Shown here in pieces: positions 39,562 to 47,233 of a stretch of 64,000 nucleotides of DNA; the first letter of the stretch is position 1, and each line of letters starts with the position of its first letter. This DNA comes from Lachnospiraceae bacterium. Lineage in GTDB: Bacteria > Bacillota > Clostridia > Lachnospirales > Lachnospiraceae. A model generated the notes under the pieces. It had not been told where the DNA came from. It did not search any database and saw only the letters and a program-made list of their open reading frames with translations. A program made the translations under genes and the position numbers. Location: positions 3,613-67,612 of the forward strand of contig JAFYEE010000075.1 of NCBI GenBank assembly GCA_017544405.1. The letters are read 5' to 3'.

Positions 39562-40356
39562 ATGATAATAGAAATCGACGGATATAAGATCAATTACAAA
39601 ATCACCGGAGCAGGGGAGGAGACCGCAGTCATCCTGCAGGGATGGGGAACTTCCCTCGACCTGTACGACAGCGTGGCGAAGGACCTTAGCGATGCGATGC
39701 GGGTGGTGCAGCTGGATCTGCCCGGATTCGGCGGGAGCGATGAGCCGCGGGAGCCATGGAATGTGGACGCCTATGCGGATTTTTTCTGCCGCTTTCTGGA
39801 CGCCCTCGGGATCCGGAAGACGAGCCTGATCGGGCATTCCTACGGCGGCCGCATCATCATCAGGCTGGCCGCGCGGGAAAGTCTGCCCTTTGAACTTACG
39901 AAGATCGTCTTTGTGGACAGCGCCGGCATCCGGCCGAAGCGCACGAAAAAGCAGGAATTTCAGGTAAAGCGCTACAAGGTCCTGAAAAAGTTTCTGACCG
40001 CAAAGCCGGTCCATTTTCTCTTCCCGGAGGTGATTGACGACTGGATGAGCCGTCAGGGATCCGCGGATTACCGCAATGCCTCGCCGCGGATGAAGCAGTG
40101 CATGGTACTGGCTGTGAACGAGGATCTGACGGAGCTTCTGGGCAGGATCCGGCAGGAATGCCTTCTGATCTGGGGGGATCAGGATACGGCGACCCCGATC
40201 TCCGACGCGGAGATTTTCCGGAGAAAGATCCCGGGGGCGGGCCTGGCCGTGCTGAAAGGCTCCGGGCATTATGCCTACCTGGAGCAGCCCGCGCTCTTTC
40301 GCAGGATTCTGCGTACCTTTTACGGACTCGAAGCAATCGAAGGGGATGACGCATGA
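39562..40356 (+). CDS. Alpha/beta-fold hydrolase
   Basis: LQGWG, DLPGFG, GHSYGG nucleophile, IWGDQD, GHYAY; 4-bp overlap with the Mur ligase. Confidence 0.9.
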   Translation: MIIEIDGYKINYKITGAGEETAVILQGWGTSLDLYDSVAKDLSDAMRVVQLDLPGFGGSDEPREPWNVDAYADFFCRFLDALGIRKTSLIGHSYGGRIIIRLAARESLPFELTKIVFVDSAGIRPKRTKKQEFQVKRYKVLKKFLTAKPVHFLFPEVIDDWMSRQGSADYRNASPRMKQCMVLAVNEDLTELLGRIRQECLLIWGDQDTATPISDAEIFRRKIPGAGLAVLKGSGHYAYLEQPALFRRILRTFYGLEAIEGDDA

Positions 40357-41981
40357 TCATCAGAACGCTTATTACCGCGGTGCTTACCGCCTTCGCCCTT
40401 CCGCTGACGCTGCGCTACAATATGCACATGCTGCAGCTGAACGGCTACAAGAACGATGAGCATCTGCGCTGGATGAAAAAGAATATCCGCATGCAGTGGA
40501 TCCTGCTGTTTTTGATGGCGCTGGGACTGCTGCGCGTCTTTTTTGCGCCGGCGGCTTTGGACATCCTTGTCTGGCTTACGCTGCTGGTGACGGCGCTGGT
40601 CTATCGCCAGATGAAGCTCATGGCGACGAAGAAAAAGCTGGTCTGGACTCCGCGCGTAAAGCGCATGACGGTGACGATCCTGTTGCTGGGCGCGCTCCTG
40701 CTGATCGGAGGGATGCTGCTGGCCGCGCACAGCTATGTCGCATCCGGTGCGGGGAACCTTGCGGCGGATCACGCGGAATATTTCGCGTCTGCCTTCCGTC
40801 CGGCGGGCGGGATCCTTCCCTTCCTCGTCGGGGCGCAGCTCCTTGCGGGACTGCTCACGAATCTGGTGAACCGCCCCATCGAGAAGGGGATCAATCATTA
40901 CTATATCCGTGACGCGAAGCGAAAGCTCCGCTCGGTGCCGGGCCTTAAGGTCATCGGTGTCACCGGAAGCTACGGCAAGACCAGTGTCAAATTCTATCTG
41001 CAGACGCTCCTGCGCGGGCATTTTAACGTGCTCGTAACGCCCGAGAGCTACAATACGCCGATGGGCGTGGTCAAGACGATCCGCGCCTCTCTTAAGCCCA
41101 CGACGGAGATTTTTGTCTGCGAGATGGGTGCGCGCCGCGTGGGCGATATCCGGGAGCTGTGTGAGATCGTGCATCCGGACCACGGCATCCTCACGGCCAT
41201 CGGACCGCAGCATCTCGAGACCTTCGGCGATCTGGAGCACATCCGCGACACGAAATTCGAGCTGGCGGATGCGGTGCCCTCCTCGGGGATGATCTTCCTG
41301 AACGGGGACAACGAGATCATCCGGGAGAAGGGAAAACAGTATCCGAACGCGATCTATTACCGCTCGGAATCCGAGGGGGAAGGATACTATGCAAGTGACA
41401 TATCCGTCAGTAATCTGGGGACGGATTTTACGGTGCACGCGCCGGATGGCAGCACGCAGCGCTATCAGATGCACCTGATCGGCGCCCACAATGTGATCAA
41501 TGTCGTCGGCGCCATCGCGGTCGCGCACGCCCTCGGGATCCCGCTTAAGGAACTGGTGATCCCCGTCCGGCAGATCCAGCCGGTGGCGCACCGCATGCAG
41601 CTGCTTGACCGCGGCGCGGTGACGATCATCGATGATGCTTACAATTCGAATCCCGTCGGTTCCAAGGCGGCCGTGGAGAACCTGGCGCTTTTTGACGGCG
41701 TGCGGATCCTGATCACGCCGGGCATGGTGGAGCTCGGAGAGCAGGAGGAGGAGTACAACCGTCTCTTCGGGACCTATGCGGCAGACTGCTGCGATTACAT
41801 CCTGCTGGTGGGCAGAAAACGTGTGGTTCCGATCCGGGAGGGCGCGCTGCGCAAGGGCTTCGACGAGAAGCGCTGCCGGGTGTTTGACCACCTCGAGGAC
41901 GCGCTTTCGTACGCTTATTCCATCCGGGACGAGGGGCATAAATATATCCTGCTGGAGAACGATCTGCCGGATAACTACTAG
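40353..41981 (+). CDS. murF: MurF-like ligase with N-terminal multi-TM extension
   Basis: GVTGSYGKTS, SYNT, EMGA, GAHN, DDAYNSNP, PGMVELG, ENDLPDNY; about 170-aa hydrophobic N-terminus. Confidence 0.8.
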   Translation: MIIRTLITAVLTAFALPLTLRYNMHMLQLNGYKNDEHLRWMKKNIRMQWILLFLMALGLLRVFFAPAALDILVWLTLLVTALVYRQMKLMATKKKLVWTPRVKRMTVTILLLGALLLIGGMLLAAHSYVASGAGNLAADHAEYFASAFRPAGGILPFLVGAQLLAGLLTNLVNRPIEKGINHYYIRDAKRKLRSVPGLKVIGVTGSYGKTSVKFYLQTLLRGHFNVLVTPESYNTPMGVVKTIRASLKPTTEIFVCEMGARRVGDIRELCEIVHPDHGILTAIGPQHLETFGDLEHIRDTKFELADAVPSSGMIFLNGDNEIIREKGKQYPNAIYYRSESEGEGYYASDISVSNLGTDFTVHAPDGSTQRYQMHLIGAHNVINVVGAIAVAHALGIPLKELVIPVRQIQPVAHRMQLLDRGAVTIIDDAYNSNPVGSKAAVENLALFDGVRILITPGMVELGEQEEEYNRLFGTYAADCCDYILLVGRKRVVPIREGALRKGFDEKRCRVFDHLEDALSYAYSIRDEGHKYILLENDLPDNY

Positions 41982-41994
41982 GAGGAAAGAGAAA

Positions 41995-43176
41995 ATGAAA
42001 ACAAGAGTTGCCATGCTGTTCGGCGGCAAAAGCGTGGAGCATGAGGTCTCCGTCATATCCGGTATCCAGGCCATTCGGAGCATGGACACCGACAAATACG
42101 AGGTCATTCCCGTCTACATGACCAAGAAAAACGAGATGTACATCGGGGAGGAGATCGGCAGGATCGAGAGCTACCGGGACATCCCCGCCCTTCTCGGAAA
42201 ATCGCAGCGGGTGATTCTGCTCAATCAGGACGGGCGCGTGTATTTCATGGGGTATCCGATGAAACGCTTCGGCAGGAATACGGAGATTGACGTGGATGTC
42301 ATTTTTCCCGTGGTGCACGGAACGAACGTGGAGGACGGCGCGCTGCAGGGATACCTGAAGACCATCGGCATCCCCTTCGTCGGCTGTGATGTGACTGCCT
42401 CCGCCATCGGCATGGACAAGTTCATCATGAAGACCGTGCTCAAGGAGCATGCGATTCCCGTTCTGGATGCGAAGGAGTACACGCTTTCCGACTATGCGGA
42501 CATGGAAGGACTCTTAAGCAGCGTGGAAAAATATGTGGGCTATCCCGCGATCGTAAAGCCGGTCAATCTCGGCTCGAGTGTGGGCATCAGTGTGGCGAAG
42601 AACCGCGCGGAGCTGAGCGCTGCCGTGGACGACGGGTTCCGCTACGCCACGAAGATCCTGGTGGAGCATGCCATCACACAGCTGCGTGAGATCAACTGTT
42701 CCGTGCTCGGGGACGAGAATGAAGCCATCGCCTCCGAATGCGAGGAACCGCTGCACACGAAGGACATCTTAAGCTACGAGGACAAGTATGTCAGCGGCTC
42801 GAAGAGCGGCGGCTCCAAAGGGATGGCAAGCGTATCCCGCAAGATTCCGGCCGATCTGTCACCGGAGCAGCGCGAGGAGGTGCGCGACCTGGCCGTGCGT
42901 TCCTTCAAGGCCCTCGGCTGTAACGGAGTCTCCCGCATCGACTTTATGATCGACGAGGAGACCGGCAGGCTGTATTTCAATGAGATCAATACGATCCCCG
43001 GGTCCCTCGCCTTCTACCTCTGGGAGCCGATCGGGATCCCTTACCGGGAGCTTCTGGACCGCATGATCGGACTGGCCCTGAAGCGCGCGCGTGCGGAGGA
43101 GGCGCTGACCTTCACGTTTGATACGAATATTCTGAGCACAGCCACCTTTGGAGGCTCCAAGGGCGGGAAACTGTAA
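41995..43176 (+). CDS. ddl: D-Ala-D-Ala ligase family ATP-grasp enzyme
   Basis: FGGKSVEHEVS, HGTNVEDG, MDK, KPVNLGSSVG, YEDKY, RIDF, NEINTIPG; RBS AGGAGG. Confidence 0.88.
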   Translation: MKTRVAMLFGGKSVEHEVSVISGIQAIRSMDTDKYEVIPVYMTKKNEMYIGEEIGRIESYRDIPALLGKSQRVILLNQDGRVYFMGYPMKRFGRNTEIDVDVIFPVVHGTNVEDGALQGYLKTIGIPFVGCDVTASAIGMDKFIMKTVLKEHAIPVLDAKEYTLSDYADMEGLLSSVEKYVGYPAIVKPVNLGSSVGISVAKNRAELSAAVDDGFRYATKILVEHAITQLREINCSVLGDENEAIASECEEPLHTKDILSYEDKYVSGSKSGGSKGMASVSRKIPADLSPEQREEVRDLAVRSFKALGCNGVSRIDFMIDEETGRLYFNEINTIPGSLAFYLWEPIGIPYRELLDRMIGLALKRARAEEALTFTFDTNILSTATFGGSKGGKL

Positions 43177-43186
43177 AGGAGAAGCG

Positions 43187-45316
43187 ATGATCAGAGGGAA
43201 AAGGGTTTGGGCCTGCCTTTTGTCCGCTCTGCTGGCATTTGGTCTGTGTGCCTGCGGGGATGACTGGGAAGACTACGAGGATTACGAAGACTATGGAGAG
43301 GAGCCGGGGACCGGCTCCGGGACGGGACGCCCGATGGAGGGCGAAGGTGCTTCGGATCCCGGAAGCGGCACTTCACAGGTCGTGGCGATCGATGACCAAA
43401 CCCCCATGGGGGAGGATGGAACCTGGACGATCTTCGTCTATCTGTGCGGCTCCGATCTGGAGAGCGACGGCGGCATGGGCACCATGGACCTGGAGGAGAT
43501 GACGGATTCCGACTGGGGCGGGAAGGTGCGCTTTGTCGTTGAGACCGGCGGAGCATCCGATTGGGAATCCGATGTGTCGGAGGAGGAACTGGAGCGCTAC
43601 GTGATCGAAGGCGGCGAGATGCGGCTGGTGGAATCGAAGCCGCAGGCCGGAATGGGAGAGAGCGATACGGCCGCGGACTTTCTCTCCTGGGGCGTGGCAA
43701 ATTACCCGGCGGCGCGCATGGGCGTGGTCTTCTGGAATCACGGGAGCGGCTCTATCAACGGTGTCTGCTTTGATGAAAATGATGATAATGACAGTCTGAC
43801 GCTGAAGGAAATGACGGCTGCCTTCAACCGGGTGGCGGGGTCCATGACGGACCGTTTTGAATTTGTCGGCTTTGATGCCTGCCTGATGGGAACGGTGGAG
43901 ACTGCGCTGATGCTCAGACCCTACGCGCGCTATATGTACGGATCCGAGGAGTCGGAGCCCGGATACGGCTGGGATTACAAGGCCATCGGCGAATACCTCA
44001 GCGGGAATCCCGGGGCGGACGGCGCGGGGCTTGGTCGTGTGGTGTGCGACAGCTTTTACGAGAGCTGTGAGCAGACCGGGGAAGAGAATATCTGTACCCT
44101 GTCCGTGATCCGGCTCGATGCAGTCCCGGAGGTGGTCAGTGCCTTTGATGCCTTCTCCTCGGATGTCTATGAAGCAACGGGCGACGAAGCAAAATTTTCC
44201 GGCTTTGCCCGCAGTATGACCTCCGTGGACAATTACGGCGGCAACAACAAAAACGAGGGTTACACCAACATGGTGGACCTGGGCGGACTGGCGGAAGCGG
44301 GAAGCGATCTGTCCGATGATTCCGGCGCCGTGACGCAGGCCATCCAAAATGCGGTGGTCTATCAGGTGCGCGGCAGCGACCATGCGAATGCCAGCGGACT
44401 GGCGGTCTATTATCCGCTGCAGGTACAGGGCTCTGCGGAGCTTACCACGTTCCGGGAGGTCTGCGTCAGCCCTTATTACCTGGGTCTCGTGGACAAGATC
44501 GCGTACGGCTTTGCCAATGCCGGAAACATCAGTGACTATGACAACTCGGAAATGGTCGAATCTTACGAGGAGTACGAGGACGACTGGTCCGGCTGGGACG
44601 ACTGGGACTGGAGCTACCTGGATGAGGGCGGGGTGACCGGCGAGAGCAAGGCGATCTCCTTCGATGAAGCGCCCCATCTGGACGGGGACGGATATTACAC
44701 CTTTGTCCTTTCGGATGAGGGCTACTACAATGCGGCTTCCGTTCAGGCGACCGTCTATATGCTTACCGAGGATGAAGAGGAAATGATCTGCATGGGCCTG
44801 AGCACGGCGGATGTCGCTATGGACTGGGAGACCGGCAGATGCACCGACAATTTTGACGGAACCTGGTATGCGCTTCCCGACGGGCAGCCCCTGTGTGCGT
44901 ACCTCGTGGAGGAATGTGACGGATATGACATTTTCACGGCTCCCATCGAACTGAACGGAGAAGAGACGAATCTCCGCTTCATCTGGGACTATGAAGAGGA
45001 TGCCATGGAGATCACCGGAATCTGGGATGGCGTGGATGAATACGGCGCATCCGGGAGAAATACGACCGAGCTGAAAGCCGGCGATGTCATCGTGCCGCTT
45101 TACGATGCCTATGCCATGGATTCGGACGATGAGTTTTATTACGCCGGTGAGGAGTATGTCTTTGACGGGGATACGGGTCTGATCTGGACCTGGTTATCGG
45201 ACGGGGTGTACCTCTTCGGTTTCAGCATCGACGATATCTACGGTGACTACTATGTGACCGATTTCGTATGCTTCGAGGTCGAGGGTGAGGACGTGTACTT
45301 CAGCGAGTGGGAATAA
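43187..45316 (+). CDS. Clostripain-family (peptidase C11) lipoprotein, highly acidic
   Basis: Lipobox LCAC; WTIFVYLCGSDLES, WNHGSG (His), FDACLM (Cys), SEESEPGYGW; RBS AAGGAG. Confidence 0.88.
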   Translation: MIRGKRVWACLLSALLAFGLCACGDDWEDYEDYEDYGEEPGTGSGTGRPMEGEGASDPGSGTSQVVAIDDQTPMGEDGTWTIFVYLCGSDLESDGGMGTMDLEEMTDSDWGGKVRFVVETGGASDWESDVSEEELERYVIEGGEMRLVESKPQAGMGESDTAADFLSWGVANYPAARMGVVFWNHGSGSINGVCFDENDDNDSLTLKEMTAAFNRVAGSMTDRFEFVGFDACLMGTVETALMLRPYARYMYGSEESEPGYGWDYKAIGEYLSGNPGADGAGLGRVVCDSFYESCEQTGEENICTLSVIRLDAVPEVVSAFDAFSSDVYEATGDEAKFSGFARSMTSVDNYGGNNKNEGYTNMVDLGGLAEAGSDLSDDSGAVTQAIQNAVVYQVRGSDHANASGLAVYYPLQVQGSAELTTFREVCVSPYYLGLVDKIAYGFANAGNISDYDNSEMVESYEEYEDDWSGWDDWDWSYLDEGGVTGESKAISFDEAPHLDGDGYYTFVLSDEGYYNAASVQATVYMLTEDEEEMICMGLSTADVAMDWETGRCTDNFDGTWYALPDGQPLCAYLVEECDGYDIFTAPIELNGEETNLRFIWDYEEDAMEITGIWDGVDEYGASGRNTTELKAGDVIVPLYDAYAMDSDDEFYYAGEEYVFDGDTGLIWTWLSDGVYLFGFSIDDIYGDYYVTDFVCFEVEGEDVYFSEWE

Positions 45317-45323
45317 CAGAACA

Positions 45324-45379
45324 AAAAATCCCCTGACAGCGGGTCCGGGTTTCCGGATCTTTGCGGTCAGGGGATTTTT
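45324..45379. terminator. Bidirectional intrinsic terminator
   Basis: Perfect 14-bp stem AAAAATCCCCTGAC/GTCAGGGGATTTTT between convergent genes. Confidence 0.8.
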
Positions 45380-45390
45380 GTCTGTATGGC

Positions 45391-45786
45391 TTATTTCTTC
45401 AGGAGCTTCAGAAGTGCGCTAAGATCGGGAGCGTCGTCCTTTTTCGAGGAGGGGGCTTCCGCAGCGATGGCCGGCATGTCGGCCAGCTTCTCCACGGCGG
45501 CGGTGATCATCAGCTGGGCACCGTCACCTAGCTTCCGGAAGTTCTGGATCAGCTTTTTCTCGGCAGCACTCAGCTTCAGCTGCGAAGAAGCGCTCTTTTT
45601 CGCGGTGGAAGGCTTCTTTGCGGTGGAGGTCTTTTTTGCGGTGGTGGCCGGTTTCTTTGCGGCAGTCGTCTTTTTTGCGGCAGTAGTCTTTTTTGCGGCG
45701 GTGGCCGGTTTCTTTGCGGCAGCAGTCTTTTTTGCCGTGGTGGATGTCTTCTTTGCGGTTGCGGTCTTTCCGGGTGCAGTTGCCAT
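45391..45786 (-). CDS. Histone H1-like Lys/Ala/Thr-rich protein
   Basis: Nine 6-7-aa units ending in AKK, then a helical C-terminal domain; RBS AAGGAGG. Confidence 0.8.
   Translation of the reverse strand: MATAPGKTATAKKTSTTAKKTAAAKKPATAAKKTTAAKKTTAAKKPATTAKKTSTAKKPSTAKKSASSQLKLSAAEKKLIQNFRKLGDGAQLMITAAVEKLADMPAIAAEAPSSKKDDAPDLSALLKLLKK
45595..45765 (-). repeat. Degenerate 18/21-bp coding tandem repeat (AKK units)
   Basis: Recurring TCTTTTTTGCGG / TTCTTTGCGG units on the plus strand. Confidence 0.8.
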
Positions 45787-45846
45787 AATCGTTCCTCCTT
45801 CGTTTGATGGAATCCGGGTTCTTTTCCCTGTAGAACCTTTGCGTTC

Positions 45847-45874
45847 ATTTTACCACAGCCGGTTGTGATATAAT
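45847..45874. promoter_or_regulatory. Back-to-back divergent extended -10 elements
   Basis: Plus TGATATAAT (45866-45874) and minus TGGTAAAAT (45847-45855) within a near-palindromic 28-mer. Confidence 0.6.
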
Positions 45875-45910
45875 CAAAAAGGTGAAAAAAGTGAAAAAGG
45901 AGACGGATCT

Positions 45911-46126
45911 ATGTGGACACCGGAAGATCATACTTATGACGAGATACGGGAAAAATCGCTGGAGCAGTGGCTGGAGGACATGGAAAAGCACGAGGATGTG
46001 GCCGTGCGTTGCGGCGTTCCTCTGGTGCGCGGATATCTGAAAACTTTGAGGGAAGAAAATGCGCACCTGAAGGAGGAAAATGAACTTAAGAATGCTTATC
46101 TGAAAAAGGTGTCGGCGAAAGCCTGA
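45911..46126 (+). CDS. Small hypothetical coiled-coil protein
   Basis: RBS AAGGAG; heptad-like C-terminus LREENAHLKEENELKN; 15 nt before the nuclease gene. Confidence 0.7.
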   Translation: MWTPEDHTYDEIREKSLEQWLEDMEKHEDVAVRCGVPLVRGYLKTLREENAHLKEENELKNAYLKKVSAKA

Positions 46127-46141
46127 ATTGGGGGGATTGCC

Positions 46142-47233
46142 ATGAAGATCATCCATTGTGCGGACCTGCATCTGGATTCGTCCATGCGGACCGGATTAAG
46201 TAAAGAGAAGGCGGATCAGAGACGCTCGGAGCTGCTGCAGCGGTTTTCGGAGCTGGTGCGCTATGCGGGCGAACAGGAAGTGCCCCATATCCTGATCGCG
46301 GGGGATCTGTTTGATGTGCGCAGAGCCACCGCTACGGCATCGAATCTGGTCTATGACACGGTGACGGCTCATCCGGAGATCACCTTTTACTACCTGCGGG
46401 GCAATCACGATGCGGACGGCTTCTGGGGAGAGCGGGCGATCCCGGAGAATCTGAAGACCTTCGGAAGGGAGTGGACGACCTATGCGCTTTCGGACCGGGT
46501 AAAGCTGACCGGTGCGGAGATCGAGGCGGGGAATGTGTCCGTGCTGATGCACTCGCTCCTTCCGGAATATGAGGATATCAACCTGGTGACGCTGCACGGG
46601 CAGATTTCGGAATATGAGGATGCCCGCGGAGGAGAGACGATCCCGCTTTCGGCGCTCCGGGGGAGGGACATCGATTATCTGGCCCTGGGACATGTGCACC
46701 GCTATATCCGGGAGACCCTGGATGCCAGAGGGATCTACTGCTATCCCGGGTGCCTGGAGGGGCGCGGCTTTGACGAGTGCGGGGTGCATGGATTTGTGCT
46801 GTTGGAGATCGACGAGGAGCAGCGGCAGATCCGGGATACGTTCGTCCCTTTTGCCGGTCGGAGGCTCCATGAGATCACGGCGGATGTCACCGGATGCGAT
46901 ACCACCTACACGGTCCTGGAGAAGGTGCGTGCGGCGATCTCGGAAGCGGGGTGCCGACCGGAGGATCTTCTGAAGATCGTCCTGACCGGAAGCCAGGATG
47001 TGGAGGCGGAACGCAACACGGATTATATTCTGACACAACTGTCGGATGAATACTTTTTCGTCAAGCTGACGGACCGCTCGGCCAGAAGCGTGAACCCGGA
47101 AGAGTTTGCAATGGACGCGACGCTCAAGGGGGAATTTGTCCGCATGGTCCTCGCGGATGAGAAGCTGACCGAGGAGAGGAAGGGAGAGATCATTTCCTGC
47201 GGTCTGAAGGTGCTCAGGGGGGAGCAGCCATGA
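46142..47233 (+). CDS. SbcD/Mre11-like metallophosphoesterase nuclease (YhaO-like)
   Basis: ADLHL, AGDLFD, GNHD, LHGQ, YLALGHVH, YPGCLEGRGFDE. Confidence 0.9.
   Translation: MKIIHCADLHLDSSMRTGLSKEKADQRRSELLQRFSELVRYAGEQEVPHILIAGDLFDVRRATATASNLVYDTVTAHPEITFYYLRGNHDADGFWGERAIPENLKTFGREWTTYALSDRVKLTGAEIEAGNVSVLMHSLLPEYEDINLVTLHGQISEYEDARGGETIPLSALRGRDIDYLALGHVHRYIRETLDARGIYCYPGCLEGRGFDECGVHGFVLLEIDEEQRQIRDTFVPFAGRRLHEITADVTGCDTTYTVLEKVRAAISEAGCRPEDLLKIVLTGSQDVEAERNTDYILTQLSDEYFFVKLTDRSARSVNPEEFAMDATLKGEFVRMVLADEKLTEERKGEIISCGLKVLRGEQP

Noticed and set aside
45595-45765. Possible CRISPR array
   Set aside because: Units are degenerate, in-frame coding repeats with no unique spacers and no cas genes.
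45386-45868. Plus-strand hydrophobic repeat ORF (FFAAVV...)
   Set aside because: Antisense mirror of the AKK-repeat gene, which has the RBS, promoter and terminator.
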